DNA of 64,000 nt from Acidimicrobiia bacterium (GCA_965203555.1 CBDBCY010000004.1:2976001-3040000); one strand, 5' to 3'. Shown: positions 27,108 through 37,760, counted from the stretch's first letter. Numbers and translations are program-made. Notes: a model not told the origin generated them from the letters alone.

Positions 27108-28046
27108 TCAAGGCAAAAGCGAGTAGCGGACTCCGGTGAGTTGTACGGAGGCTTTCCAAAGATTCTCCGCGGCTGTGGCATTGCGGGAAGCGGCGGTGGA
27201 GGACACAACTCCCGGGAACCCCCGCTGACCGGCAAATCCCCGCGGGCCGTAGTATTGACCGCCTCTGGCCTTCGGATCCACCGCGGCGCGGAGAGTCGGC
27301 AGGGCGCCCATGGCGGCGCTCTGGACAATGCCTGAAGTGAGCATTCCCGAGAACCGGAACGTCCGGTGGCCGTGAAGATGGTTTCCGATGTTGGTTGTAG
27401 CCATCCCGGGATGGCAGGCTATCGCCAGCGCCTCCGCCCCGGCATTCGTGAAACGCCGCTGGAGTTCGAAGGTGAACAGTAGGTTGGCGAGTTTCGACCG
27501 GCAATAGGCCCGGAACGGAGAGTACCCACCGTTTTCGAACAGAAGGTTGCCGAAGTCCATACGCCCCAGCCGATGAGCGGTGCTGCTCACATTCACCACC
27601 CGCGCTCCCGGGGTGCTCAGCAGCATCTCCAGCAGCCTGCCGGTCAGGGCGAAGTGGCCGAGATGGTTGATGCCCATCTGGCTCTCGAAGCCGTCCTCGG
27701 TGTGCGAATAGGGGACGGCCATGATCCCGGCGTTGTTGACCAGCACATCGAGCCGCGAGTGGGTCTGTGTGAAATCTCGGGCGAATCGCTTTATGGAGGA
27801 GAGGCCGGCCAGGTCGAGCGCCATCAGTTGGAGCTTGGCGTCGGGCAGATGCTCCTTCAGGTCTTCGACGGACCGCTCCCCGCGTTCTGCAGAGCGGCAG
27901 GCGAGGATGGTGTGGGCGCCCTTGCGGGCCAGTTCTCTGGCGGTCTCCAACCCGATTCCGCTGTTGGCGCCCGTGACCACGGCGATCTTGCCGGCCAAGT
28001 CGGGGATGTCCTCGGCGGTCCACCGATGGGAGTCACTGTGGGACAT
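27108..28046 (-). CDS. Short-chain dehydrogenase/reductase
   Basis: VTGANSGIG, NNAGIM, INHLGHFAL, YCRSKLAN (YxxxK); start at MSHSDSHRW. Confidence 0.9.
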   Translation of the reverse strand: MSHSDSHRWTAEDIPDLAGKIAVVTGANSGIGLETARELARKGAHTILACRSAERGERSVEDLKEHLPDAKLQLMALDLAGLSSIKRFARDFTQTHSRLDVLVNNAGIMAVPYSHTEDGFESQMGINHLGHFALTGRLLEMLLSTPGARVVNVSSTAHRLGRMDFGNLLFENGGYSPFRAYCRSKLANLLFTFELQRRFTNAGAEALAIACHPGMATTNIGNHLHGHRTFRFSGMLTSGIVQSAAMGALPTLRAAVDPKARGGQYYGPRGFAGQRGFPGVVSSTAASRNATAAENLWKASVQLTGVRYSLLP

Positions 28047-28062
28047 GGTCTGCTTAACTCGA

Positions 28063-29151
28063 CTACCGGGCGGGAGGTGGGTAGAGAAGTCCTCCATCAG
28101 AGTAGAGGGCGTTGAATCCGCGTTCGAGGCCCAGGGGGGTGAGGTGCCGGTCGTAAACCTCGGCATAGTTGCCGACCTGCTTGATCACTTGATAGAAGGC
28201 GTCGGCCGAAAGGCCCATCTTGGTCTGCAATTCGTCCTCCGTGGCGCCGAACAGGCGGCTTGCCTCTCCGTCCACGTTCAGCATGTCATCGATGTTTGAG
28301 GAGTTGATGCCCTTCTCCTCGGCGATCAGCATGGCGAACACGGTCCATGTGACCACATCGCCGAATCGGGACTGGTTCTGGATCCAGCCGGGACCGAGCG
28401 GTTCCTTGGAGATGGGGACCGGCGGGAAGATCACCCAGTCTTCGGCTCCCGGGCCCTTGCCGGCTTTCCGGGACACCAAAGCCGACTCGTCGCCGGTGAC
28501 CACATCGCAGGCGCCGGATTGGAAGTTCTCCAGCACCAGGTTGGCATCCTCGAAGGTGTTCAAAGTGATCTCGACTCCCAGCGCCGCAGCGGTCTCGCTG
28601 ATGTTCTTCTCGGTTGTGGTGCCGGCGTTGGCGCACACCACCGCGCCTTCTATCTCCTCCAGGGTGGACGTGGAGTTGAATCCGGCGGCGCCCTTGGCCA
28701 TCAATTTCTGGCCGTCGTAGTAGGTGGTCGGTCCGAAGTCGAGACCCAGGTCGGTGTCGCGGCCCTGGGTATAGGTGGTGTTTCGACTCAGGAGGTCGAT
28801 CAAGCCCGAGGCCACCGCCTCGAAACGGGTGGCGGAGATGAGCGGTTGGTATCTGACTGCTTGGGCATCGCCGAGAATCGCAGCCGCCACCGCCCGACAC
28901 AGATCCACGTCGAAGCCCACAAAAGCGCCCGAGGAGTCCCTGTATCCGAACCCGGGAAGAATCTCGTTTATACCGCAACTCAGTTCACCGCGGGCCAGCA
29001 CCACATCAAGAAGGTCCTGCTCGACAGGAGCAAGGCCCGGCGCCCGGGTGGTGACGGGAGCTTCCGTGGTTGTGGCGTCCCCGGCGCCGTCGTCGCCACA
29101 GCCGGCAACCACCGGCATCAGGATCAAAAGCGCGACTGCCGCTCTTTTCAC
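28063..29151 (-). CDS. Amino-acid ABC transporter substrate-binding lipoprotein (AapJ/BztA-like), no adjacent permease
   Basis: Lipobox VAGC; GFDVDLCRAVAAA, RNTTYTQGRD, YYDGQ, ISKEPLGP, VGNYAEVYDR. Confidence 0.88.
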   Translation of the reverse strand: MKRAAVALLILMPVVAGCGDDGAGDATTTEAPVTTRAPGLAPVEQDLLDVVLARGELSCGINEILPGFGYRDSSGAFVGFDVDLCRAVAAAILGDAQAVRYQPLISATRFEAVASGLIDLLSRNTTYTQGRDTDLGLDFGPTTYYDGQKLMAKGAAGFNSTSTLEEIEGAVVCANAGTTTEKNISETAAALGVEITLNTFEDANLVLENFQSGACDVVTGDESALVSRKAGKGPGAEDWVIFPPVPISKEPLGPGWIQNQSRFGDVVTWTVFAMLIAEEKGINSSNIDDMLNVDGEASRLFGATEDELQTKMGLSADAFYQVIKQVGNYAEVYDRHLTPLGLERGFNALYSDGGLLYPPPAR

Positions 29152-29274
29152 CGTATGTCCATTCGAATCGGTATAAGGCCCGGGTGCGGATCCCCAAACC
29201 CTATCTTATAGTCGGAGACAGGCAGGAGACCGTGGACTCTCGGTGGCAGCGATGCCGATCGGTCAACCTCCCCG

Positions 29275-30084
29275 TCATATCCAGGTGGTTTCCCCCTGGG
29301 AGGCAGAGGCAGAAAGGTCGATCCAGAGTTCTGCTTCGGGGATCTCCGTCACAATCGTGGCGGGCCAGGAGGGGTCATAGGCTGTTGCGGCAGTGATCCA
29401 CTCCACCGTGCGGCGTTTCTCCGGGCCGAGGCACACCATAACGGCCGAGCGGCTCTGGTCGGCAATGGTTCCGACCCCCACCGTGACTCCGTGCTCGGGA
29501 ACTTCGTCCAGCGAATTGAAGTCGGGGAAAGTAACCATGTTGTCGGTGCGAGTCTCGGCGGCGAGTTCCACGATGCGGGTGCTGGAGTCTCGAGGGCTTC
29601 CCGCAGGGTTGAAGGCGACGTGACCGTCGGAGGCGCCGCTGGCCAGGAGGAACAGGTCTATTCCTCCCGCCCGGGCGATGAGACGGTCATACCGGGACGG
29701 ATCGGCCGGGTCGGGCATCCAGATCCGGTCTCTCCCCGGGGCGCCGGGCAGGTCCGCCAGCGGCTTGGCGATCTCTTGGACGGCGAATCGCCGGCAGGAG
29801 TAGTGGGCGTCGAACGATACATGTTCGAAACCGTCGTCTGTGGGTCTGAGGTAGTCGTCCATCATCACGATCACCAACGGCGAGAGGTCGACTGATTGCT
29901 CGGCGGCGTGCCGGTTCAACATCCGGTAGGTGGTGAGAAGGCTCCTTCCGCCCGGGCATCCCAGCAGATACGGGCGCCCGGCGCCTGTTGCTGCCGAGAC
30001 TTCTCTGATGATCCGCCGGGCCAGCGCCGACCCAAGGGCTCTGCCATCGTCGAAGACCCGTGGAGCAAGGGGCACAGGCAGCAT
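29275..30084 (-). CDS. Glucosamine-6-phosphate deaminase/6-phosphogluconolactonase fold protein
   Basis: GGIDLFLLASGASDGHVAFN, VMMDDY, GVTVGVGTI; TGATG coupling with the upstream gene. Confidence 0.75.
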   Translation of the reverse strand: MLPVPLAPRVFDDGRALGSALARRIIREVSAATGAGRPYLLGCPGGRSLLTTYRMLNRHAAEQSVDLSPLVIVMMDDYLRPTDDGFEHVSFDAHYSCRRFAVQEIAKPLADLPGAPGRDRIWMPDPADPSRYDRLIARAGGIDLFLLASGASDGHVAFNPAGSPRDSSTRIVELAAETRTDNMVTFPDFNSLDEVPEHGVTVGVGTIADQSRSAVMVCLGPEKRRTVEWITAATAYDPSWPATIVTEIPEAELWIDLSASASQGETTWI

Positions 30085-30995
30085 CAGAGTCGGGGGGACA
30101 ATGTTTGTTCCACCAGGCGGATCCACTCCAGATTGGCGGCTTGTACCGCGATCACGGTGTCCAGTTGCTCGCCCGAGAGTACGGGAGCGCGGTCCTGCTC
30201 GACCACCACCCAGCCTTCATAGCGGGCTTCTGACAGGCGAGCGAGGAACTCCTCGAGCCTCAGGTCCCCCTGACCCAGGGGAGTGGACACCTCCGCCCAC
30301 CAGACATCGAAGTCCCGCCGACCCTCCGTCCTGGCCTGTTCCATGACATCGTGACGCACATCCTTGAGATGGACGTGGTTGATCCGGTCCCGCCAGGCGT
30401 CCCAGCATTCCAGCAGGTTCCCTCCTCCCAGCGAAATGTGGCCGGTGTCGAAGGTCAGGTCGATGTCGGTGGCGTGGAGGAGCCTCTCGATTTCGCCAGG
30501 GCTCTCCACATAGGTGCTGACATGGGGATGGAAGGAGGGCGTCAGTCCCTGCCGGCGAATGGTGGCCGCCAACCGGTCGACCGCCTCGGTGAGTTCGCCG
30601 AACGCCCCGGCACTGAGGGCATGAGTGGGGTCGTTACCCCGGCCGGGGTTGTGGAGCAGTGCTTCGCTGCCCTCATCGGCGAGGATGGCCAGACGAGGAC
30701 CGGCGCGGGTCGCCTGCAGTTCGGACAGGGCCTCTTCCATGCGGGCTTCATCCGCCGCCCGCCGGGCGGGGTCGGCAAAATGGATGGGGATGTAGATTCC
30801 CACCGGTGACAAACCGTGCAATTCGAACAGCCGGGCGGCTGCTCCGGGAGGGCCGGCATACCCGGCGGGCGGGAACTCGGCGCCCTGGTATCCGCAGGCC
30901 GCCATGGCCGCTGCCAGTTGGTCGGCCGAGACGCCCGCGCCGTCCTCCGGGGGACCGTAAACGCCGAAACTGACCGGCGCCGTTCCGAATTTCAC
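30084..30995 (-). CDS. Sugar-phosphate isomerase/epimerase TIM barrel (IolE-like)
   Basis: APVSFGV, FHPHVSTYVE, FDTGH, HVHLKD, WVVVEQD. Confidence 0.8.
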   Translation of the reverse strand: MKFGTAPVSFGVYGPPEDGAGVSADQLAAAMAACGYQGAEFPPAGYAGPPGAAARLFELHGLSPVGIYIPIHFADPARRAADEARMEEALSELQATRAGPRLAILADEGSEALLHNPGRGNDPTHALSAGAFGELTEAVDRLAATIRRQGLTPSFHPHVSTYVESPGEIERLLHATDIDLTFDTGHISLGGGNLLECWDAWRDRINHVHLKDVRHDVMEQARTEGRRDFDVWWAEVSTPLGQGDLRLEEFLARLSEARYEGWVVVEQDRAPVLSGEQLDTVIAVQAANLEWIRLVEQTLSPRL

Positions 30996-32122
30996 AGACG
31001 ACTTCCCGCCTCGCCGCCGGCCGTCAGCCCTTGACCGGCCGCCATGACCGCCACCATGTCCTGTAACCAGGCTATATCCTCCCGGGCGCCCAGGGCGTCC
31101 TCGGGATGCCTGCCGGTGGTGACGGCCTCATGAAAGTGCCGCAGTTCCCTGACGAAGGCCGACTCCGTTCCCCCAGGGTGACGAGCGACGGTCTCTTCAC
31201 TGTTAATGGTCAAAGTAGCTGCTCTTTTTTGCAAATAGGGGTTGGGAAACCGCAGTTCCATTGATCCCTTGGTTCCGTGCGCCTGGAATGACTCACGGTA
31301 GGCGGGGTAGGAGGGAAGCCAGAGCCAGGTCATCTCCACTCTGCTGTGATCCGGGTAGACACCGTGGGCCAGGAAGCAGGGCGGTTCGGTTGCGGACCGA
31401 AGCGGCGAGGGGGGCCACAGGTCGGCGGAGGTGAGTCGGGGAAGTTTCCCCAGCACCCCCCGGAGGAAGGAGACGCAGTGGATGAAGGAGGCCGCCAGCA
31501 CCTCCCGGTAGAGGCGACCCCACTCGGCCGGCAGGTCTCCCAGGGCCTCGATGGTGCGGGTCTGCTCGAAGGCGGCCGCCTCGGTCAGGACGCGGTGGTC
31601 GATGTCGTCGAAGCGCAACGTAGTGGCCGGACCGAGGCAGACTGCATCGTCGGGGTGGTGGACGGTGTGACGGAAGAGCCGCGGCTCCCCGATCTTCTCC
31701 AGTCCGCCTGCCATTTCGGGGAGCACCTGTTCGTGAAGCTTCATGTATCCGATCTGCAGGGTCAGTCTTCGGCTCGAAGCCAGGTTGTGGAGCCGTTCGG
31801 CGCCCTCCACCGTCAGGCACAGGGGTTTCTCCGAGAACACGTGCCTTCCGGCTAGCAGCGCTCCCTCGGTTACCTGCTCGTGGGCACCGGAGGTGAGGAT
31901 CAACACCGCTTCCACCTGCGGATGGGAGCAGATCTCCCGCCAGTTGGTGGAGGTGAATACCGCTCCGGGTAGCCGGTCGGCGATCGCCTGGTTGAGTTTG
32001 GGCGAGATGTCTCCCACCGCCACCACCCTGAACAGCGACTGCAAGCGAGCGAGGTTGGGCAGGTGTTGGATCTGGGCGATGCTCCCCAGGCCGATGATTC
32101 CCAGACGGATGGGTCGGTTCAC
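30992..32122 (-). CDS. Gfo/Idh/MocA family oxidoreductase
   Basis: GIIGLGSIAQIQH, HVFSEKP, QIGYMK. Confidence 0.88.
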   Translation of the reverse strand: MNRPIRLGIIGLGSIAQIQHLPNLARLQSLFRVVAVGDISPKLNQAIADRLPGAVFTSTNWREICSHPQVEAVLILTSGAHEQVTEGALLAGRHVFSEKPLCLTVEGAERLHNLASSRRLTLQIGYMKLHEQVLPEMAGGLEKIGEPRLFRHTVHHPDDAVCLGPATTLRFDDIDHRVLTEAAAFEQTRTIEALGDLPAEWGRLYREVLAASFIHCVSFLRGVLGKLPRLTSADLWPPSPLRSATEPPCFLAHGVYPDHSRVEMTWLWLPSYPAYRESFQAHGTKGSMELRFPNPYLQKRAATLTINSEETVARHPGGTESAFVRELRHFHEAVTTGRHPEDALGAREDIAWLQDMVAVMAAGQGLTAGGEAGSRL

Positions 32123-32142
32123 TTCATGCCTCCTCGATCACC

Positions 32143-33366
32143 TTAACGCTCTGCTCTGGCCGCAGTCCCGGACTCGCCACCGGTGATTACCCCATCCCGG
32201 CGGGCCAGGGTGGCGAGCATCTGTTGGAGCCAGGCAAGATCGGCGGCGGCCCCGGCCGCGTCGGGTGGATGGTTTCCGGTGGTGATGGCGGCATGGAAGG
32301 CCCGCAGTTCTCTTACGAAGGCGGACTCAGGGCCACCCTTCAAACGAACTGGTCTCTGCCGATGCCGGATGGTGAGATCGGCGGTCCGGTGACGCAGGTA
32401 GGGTTGGGGAAAGGATAGTTCCACAGAACCCTTAGATCCGTGAACCTCCAGCGTCTCTTGGTAAGCGGGGTAGGAGGGAAGCCACAGCCAACTCAGCTCC
32501 ACCCGGGTGTGATCGGCCAATTCTCCTCTGACGTGCAGGCTGGGAGGCTGGTCCGGAGACCGGGGGGGAGAGGTCGGCCACATTTCGGCATGGGTGATGC
32601 GGGGGAGCTCTCCCCAAGCAGTTCTCAGGATGGAGACGGTGTGGATCACGGACCCGACCAGGAACTTGCGATACAGGCTGCCCCACTGATCAGGGAGGTC
32701 TCCGATCGCTTCAGCGGTGCGTTCCAACTCGTAATCGGCGGCGGCGTCCAGGGTCGATTGGTCGACATCATCAAAGCGAAGCAGATCAAGGTGGGCGAAC
32801 TGCGACTGGTGGCTGGGATGATAGACCGTGTGGCGGATCAGCCGATGCAGACCGATCAATTCCAATCCCGCCCCGAGGTCCGAGAAGACTTGTTCATACA
32901 GCTTCATATAGCCGACCTGAAGGACCCGACCGGTCTGTCGGGCAAGGGTGGCAAGAAGGTTGGCACCGGCCACGGTGAGCGAGAGGGGCTTTTCCGAAAA
33001 AACGTGTTTTCCTGCCAGGAGGGCCTCTTCGGTCATTATCCGGTGGGCGCCGGGAGTAAGCAGGAGCACTGCTTCCACCTCCGGATGGGCGCAGATCTCT
33101 CGCCAGTCCGTCGAGGCGAAGACCGGTGCCGGAAGCCGCCCGGCGATGGTTGCAGTGAGTCTTGCCGAAAGATCGGCCACCGCCACCACCCGGAAAAGAT
33201 CATTCAGCAGTGCCAGGTTGAACAAATGCTGGGTCTGGGCAATGGCGCCCAGCCCTACCACCCCCACCGAAACGGGTTTCACGGGAGCGGCCTCGCCGGT
33301 CTCATCGCTCGGGTGGCGGGGAGTGGACGGAGCAGGTGCCGAGTTGACTGGTCCCGGCTCGGCCAC
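32143..33366 (-). CDS. Gfo/Idh/MocA family oxidoreductase, tandem paralogue
   Basis: GVVGLGAIAQTQH, HVFSEKP, QVGYMK, WLWLPSYPAY shared with the neighbour; start may be GTG 33282. Confidence 0.88.
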   Translation of the reverse strand: MAEPGPVNSAPAPSTPRHPSDETGEAAPVKPVSVGVVGLGAIAQTQHLFNLALLNDLFRVVAVADLSARLTATIAGRLPAPVFASTDWREICAHPEVEAVLLLTPGAHRIMTEEALLAGKHVFSEKPLSLTVAGANLLATLARQTGRVLQVGYMKLYEQVFSDLGAGLELIGLHRLIRHTVYHPSHQSQFAHLDLLRFDDVDQSTLDAAADYELERTAEAIGDLPDQWGSLYRKFLVGSVIHTVSILRTAWGELPRITHAEMWPTSPPRSPDQPPSLHVRGELADHTRVELSWLWLPSYPAYQETLEVHGSKGSVELSFPQPYLRHRTADLTIRHRQRPVRLKGGPESAFVRELRAFHAAITTGNHPPDAAGAAADLAWLQQMLATLARRDGVITGGESGTAARAER

Positions 33367-33637
33367 ACAACCAAAACTTGCGAAATTCCCCCTTCGGGCC
33401 CACCCCCGCCGCCACCGCCGTTGGTCGGGCCTGCTTTCGCCCAGCCCTGGACCAAGGCTCGTTTCCGAACAGATATGATCCCTCGAGTTGGTCCGAACGG
33501 CGCCGGAACGGACCTTCCTGGTGTTTGGCTACCTACCAATATGAACCCTTTGTGTGACAAAGGCAAGCTTGGCGCACCACTCTTTTTCCCAGATGGTCGT
33601 CGAACCGGCAGAGGGGCCGGGCAGATACCGCCACCGG

Positions 33638-35605
33638 TCACCGGGCCAGTTCGGGACGGTCTCGGAAGTAGGCAAGGGATTCGGGATTGGCCAGGGCCTC
33701 GGTGTTCTCGACCTTGCCGCTGTTGACCACGGCGGTCACCGCCAGTTCGGTGATCTTTCCCGAGCGAGTGCGGGGAATGTCGGCCGTCTGCAGCACCAGG
33801 GCCGGGACATGTCGAGGCGAGCAGTTGCGGCGCAGGCGACCCTTGATCTCCGCAACCAAGTTCTCAGTTAACTCCCGGCCGTCCTCCAGGCGCACGAACA
33901 GCACCATCCGGGTGTCTCTCTCCCACTTCTGGGCCACGCAGATCGCCTCCACCACCCCGTCCACCTCCTCGGCTTGCCGGTAGATCTCCGCCGTTCCGAT
34001 TCGCACCCCAGCCACATTGAGGGTGGCGTCGGATCGCCCGTGGATCACCATCCCGCCGCGGGGGGTCCAGTTGGCGTAGTCGCCATGGGTCCATACCCCG
34101 GGAAACTTGTCGAAGTAGGCCGAGTGGAACTTAGATCCGTCCGGGTCGTTCCAAAAGTACAGGGGGATTGACGGGAATGGCTCCCGGCAGACCAGTTCTC
34201 CAGTGGGACCGTTCAGTGGCAGGCCATCGGGATCGTATACCTCCACCGCCATGCCCAGGGTTGCTCCCTGGATTTCACCGGTCCACACCGGCAGGGTGGG
34301 GTCGCCCCCCACGAAACATCCGCACAGATCGGTGCCGCCTGAGATGGAGGCAAGGTGCACGTCTTCTTTGACATCCTGGTACACCCACTCGAAGCCCTCG
34401 GGAGAAAGCGGGGATCCGGTGGAGCAGATGGTGCGCAGCGAAGCCAGGTTGTGTGAATGCCGCGGTCGGATGCCGGTCTGGCGGGCGGCGTCGATGAACT
34501 TGGCCGAGACTCCCAGCAGGGTGATCTGATCCTGGTCGATGAGGTCGAACAGGTGGTCGGGAGAGGGATGAAACGGATTGCCGTCGTAGAGGACGATGCT
34601 CGCCCCCGACGCCAGCGCCGTGACCAGCCAGTTCCACATCATCCATCCGCAGGTTGTGAAGTAAAACACCCGATCTCCGGTCCTGATGTCCAGTTGGGTC
34701 TGATGTTCCTGCATGAGTTTGAGCATCACCCCCGCCGCCCGGTGCACCATGCACTTGGGAGGTCCGGTGGTGCCCGAGGAATAAAGAATGAACAGGGGGT
34801 GGTCGAAGGGGAAGGTCTCGGTGGAAAGGTCGGCGTCCTCGCCGGCGGACAGGAAGTCGTCCCAGGAGATGGAGTCGGGAACGGAAGTGAGATCCGGGTC
34901 GGGATCGAGATTGGCGACCACCACCACCCGCCGGACCGAAGGAAGCGCTTGGCGGATCTCTCGGAGAGCCGCCAGCCGGTCGAAGGGTTTTCCGCTGTAG
35001 GGATAGCCGTCGGCGGCCAACAGCAGCACCGGGTCTATCTGGCCGAAGCGGTCCACGACCCCGGCCACCCCGAAGTCGGCCGAGGTGGAACTGAACATGG
35101 CGCCGATGCTGGCGGCGGCGATCATCAACACCACCGTCTCGGGTCGATTGGGCATCCAGGCCGCCACCCGGTCTCCGGGCTGCACCCCGTAGGCGCGCAG
35201 AGCCCCGGCGGCGGCTGCTACCTGGGACCGCAGTTGACTCCAGGTCAGGTCCCGGGTGTGGCCGTCCTCCCGCCGGTACAGGACCGCCGCCGAATCGGGG
35301 TCGACCCCTCGGCCATCCAGCAGGTTGCGGGCCACGTTGAGACGAGCCTCCGGAAAGAACCGGGCAGTGGTCATCGAATCGCCGGGCACGAACACCCGGT
35401 GGCCTTTGTCTCCAAGTACCCCGACCTGGTCCCAGATGGTGTCCCAGAACCGGGCGATGTTCTCCACGCTCCAACGCTGCAGATCCACTGAATCGGGGAG
35501 ATCGAGTCCGTAGCGCCGGTTGACTTCCCGGCGGAGGGAGGTCATCGCCGAGGCTTCAATTCCCTCTTCGGAAGGGGTCCACAAGGGTTGATCGTTCATA
35601 GGCAC
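33638..35605 (-). CDS. Acetoacetate--CoA ligase
   Basis: LYSSGTTGPPKC, FYFTTCGWMMWNWL, ISGGTDLCGCF, GRSDATLN, TRSGKITELAV. Confidence 0.93.
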   Translation of the reverse strand: MPMNDQPLWTPSEEGIEASAMTSLRREVNRRYGLDLPDSVDLQRWSVENIARFWDTIWDQVGVLGDKGHRVFVPGDSMTTARFFPEARLNVARNLLDGRGVDPDSAAVLYRREDGHTRDLTWSQLRSQVAAAAGALRAYGVQPGDRVAAWMPNRPETVVLMIAAASIGAMFSSTSADFGVAGVVDRFGQIDPVLLLAADGYPYSGKPFDRLAALREIRQALPSVRRVVVVANLDPDPDLTSVPDSISWDDFLSAGEDADLSTETFPFDHPLFILYSSGTTGPPKCMVHRAAGVMLKLMQEHQTQLDIRTGDRVFYFTTCGWMMWNWLVTALASGASIVLYDGNPFHPSPDHLFDLIDQDQITLLGVSAKFIDAARQTGIRPRHSHNLASLRTICSTGSPLSPEGFEWVYQDVKEDVHLASISGGTDLCGCFVGGDPTLPVWTGEIQGATLGMAVEVYDPDGLPLNGPTGELVCREPFPSIPLYFWNDPDGSKFHSAYFDKFPGVWTHGDYANWTPRGGMVIHGRSDATLNVAGVRIGTAEIYRQAEEVDGVVEAICVAQKWERDTRMVLFVRLEDGRELTENLVAEIKGRLRRNCSPRHVPALVLQTADIPRTRSGKITELAVTAVVNSGKVENTEALANPESLAYFRDRPELAR

Positions 35606-35644
35606 TAGAGGGTATCGCCGGCTTGGGCGAGTCGGAGTCTCGGA

Positions 35645-36493
35645 TCAGGACGACAACTTGGCTTCCACGCCCAGCCGGCCCTCCGGCGAGAAGGCGCCCA
35701 CAGTCCATATACCGTCCCCGGCCCGGGGATCGGGTCCCCCGCGCAGATGAAGGGTGTCGCCGCAAAAGAAAGGAGAACGTGCCCGGAAGGAGAAACTCGA
35801 GGTTCCGGTCACGCCGTTGCGCCGGGCGAGATCCGCCAGCAGCATGGCGGTCAGCGGACCCTGCATCACCAGTCCGGGATATCCCTCCTCGCCGGTCGCG
35901 TATGAATGGTCATAGTGGATACGGTGGGAATTGTTGGTGAGGGCCGAGAACCGGAACAGGAGTACCGGGTCGGTGGCAATTTCCCAAGCCCACGGTCGGG
36001 ACGGAGGGCCGGGTCTGCCGGGAGGCTCTTTAGGCATAGAAGGCGGGGAATCGGTGTAGATCAGGTTCTGGGTTTCGGTGAGCGCCGGTCCCTTCTCTCC
36101 CCAGATCCGGTACTCGACCGTTACCAGCACCAAGAGGCCGCTTCTGCCCTCTTTGCGAACGACACTCTTCACAGTTGCTTGCTGCCGGGCGTCTTCTCCC
36201 ACCAGCAAGGGACGATGGAACACGGTGGTCCCCCCGGCGAACATCCTTCTTTGCTGCGGCACAGGGGGAAGGAATCCTCCTCGAAGAGGATGCCCGTCCG
36301 GTCCGGTCTCCGATCGCCGGGCGGCAGGCAGGAAGTAGAGCCAGTGCCACATGGGCGGCAGGGGGTCTCCCTCTTCCGCAGCCGGGGCCGACTGATCGAA
36401 CAGAGCCGACAGAGCGGCAACCGGCCAGGGGTCGATACGCTGGCGGTTACTCTCGGTGTTTCCCACCCAGTCCGTCAACTTCGCAGAGTTCAT
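35645..36493 (-). CDS. MaoC/hot-dog acyl-CoA hydratase (mesaconyl-C4/itaconyl-CoA hydratase-like)
   Basis: WHWLYF, DGHPLRGGFLPP, RRMFAGG, LFRFSALTNNSHRIHYD, GYPGLVMQGPL. Confidence 0.85.
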   Translation of the reverse strand: MNSAKLTDWVGNTESNRQRIDPWPVAALSALFDQSAPAAEEGDPLPPMWHWLYFLPAARRSETGPDGHPLRGGFLPPVPQQRRMFAGGTTVFHRPLLVGEDARQQATVKSVVRKEGRSGLLVLVTVEYRIWGEKGPALTETQNLIYTDSPPSMPKEPPGRPGPPSRPWAWEIATDPVLLFRFSALTNNSHRIHYDHSYATGEEGYPGLVMQGPLTAMLLADLARRNGVTGTSSFSFRARSPFFCGDTLHLRGGPDPRAGDGIWTVGAFSPEGRLGVEAKLSS

Positions 36494-37305
36494 GTAGGGG
36501 TTCTTGGTCGGCGGGCTTGCAGTTGCAGTCGAACGAAGGGTACGACATGGCGGTCGGTTCCCGTTTTGGTTAGGTCCGCCACCTGCTCTCCCACGGTGGC
36601 GACCAGGGCCTCGAAGAGCTCGGGAGGCAGGAGGGGCCGGTAGCCGGTGAGGGTCTGGGTGCGGAGCCAGCCGATGAGCCGGGTATGGGTGAAAGGACGA
36701 GGCTGGATCTCGATCCGCAGTTCTTCGGCGTCGCCGAAGGGTGAGCGGGCCACGATCTCCCGGTAGCGGCCCAGGGACGGCCAGGGGTGGTGAGGGAGAC
36801 GCCTTTGGACATACTGGTCAAAGGGTGACCGAACCGCTGCCGAGAAGATGATCTTTCGGATATCGGCGATGTTCTCCCTGGCGGCGAAACTGGCGATCAG
36901 CCTCCCGCCGGGTGTCAGGGCGCGGAAGACCCTCTCCAGCGCCAAGGGGTGTCCGTCAATCGGTATCCAGTGCAGGCAGGCGATGGAGACCGCCGCTGCG
37001 AAGCGCTCTTCCCACCGCAGATCCTGGACCCGGCACACCTGGAAGCGGACCCGGGGGTGACCGCGCCGGCGGGCCTGTTCGATCTGGCTGGGTGAAGCGT
37101 CTACTCCGACCATCTCTGCTCGGGGATAGTGGTCGGCCAGGGTCACGGTCAGATCCCCGGCGCCGCACCCCACATCCAGAAGGGCGTCGCCGGATCCCAG
37201 GTCGAGGTCCCAAAGCGCCGGCGGATCGAACGCCCGGTGATGAGCAGTGTTCTCCCGGTACTCGGCGCCGCTCCAAGAGTCGGGGATTAGGTCTTGTTCA
37301 TTCAT
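36490..37305 (-). CDS. Class I SAM-dependent methyltransferase
   Basis: LLDVGCGAG, GVDAS, ACLHWI, ALTPGG; GGAG RBS before ATG 37305. Confidence 0.85.
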   Translation of the reverse strand: MNEQDLIPDSWSGAEYRENTAHHRAFDPPALWDLDLGSGDALLDVGCGAGDLTVTLADHYPRAEMVGVDASPSQIEQARRRGHPRVRFQVCRVQDLRWEERFAAAVSIACLHWIPIDGHPLALERVFRALTPGGRLIASFAARENIADIRKIIFSAAVRSPFDQYVQRRLPHHPWPSLGRYREIVARSPFGDAEELRIEIQPRPFTHTRLIGWLRTQTLTGYRPLLPPELFEALVATVGEQVADLTKTGTDRHVVPFVRLQLQARRPRTPT

Positions 37306-37454
37306 GTACTCCGTCCAATAAGATACATATCCTTCCTGCGCAGGTGGGATGGTTTGGTGTCCGGCTCGCTTCCCGGTCAACTCTCACAATGAAGCCGGTG
37401 CAGTTGTTTATGATCAGACGAACACGACGTGCCGCACTCAGACGAGGCATAAGC

Positions 37455-37760
37455 ATGACCACCGTGAACACCAAAGAGGAAACGCTGGCGTTGTTGCGAG
37501 CGCACAAGGCAACCCTGGCGGGGCGTTTCGATGTTGCTTCCATGGCTTTGTTCGGATCCATTGCCCGAGGCGAAGCGTTGCCGGACAGCGATGTGGACAT
37601 TCTCGTTTCATTTGGTGGCCCCCGCAGTCCCGGGTTGAGCTTTTTCGATTTGCAGTTCTATCTGGAGGACTTGCTGGGCCGGTCTGTCGACCTGGTCACC
37701 GACAAAGCTCTGCGTGCAGAACTGCGGCCTTACGTCGAGGCAGAGGCCGTCTCTGTCTGA
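37455..37760 (+). CDS. Minimal nucleotidyltransferase (MNT) antitoxin
   Basis: LFGSIARGE..DSDVDILV, LEDLLGRSVDLVT. Confidence 0.9.
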   Translation: MTTVNTKEETLALLRAHKATLAGRFDVASMALFGSIARGEALPDSDVDILVSFGGPRSPGLSFFDLQFYLEDLLGRSVDLVTDKALRAELRPYVEAEAVSV

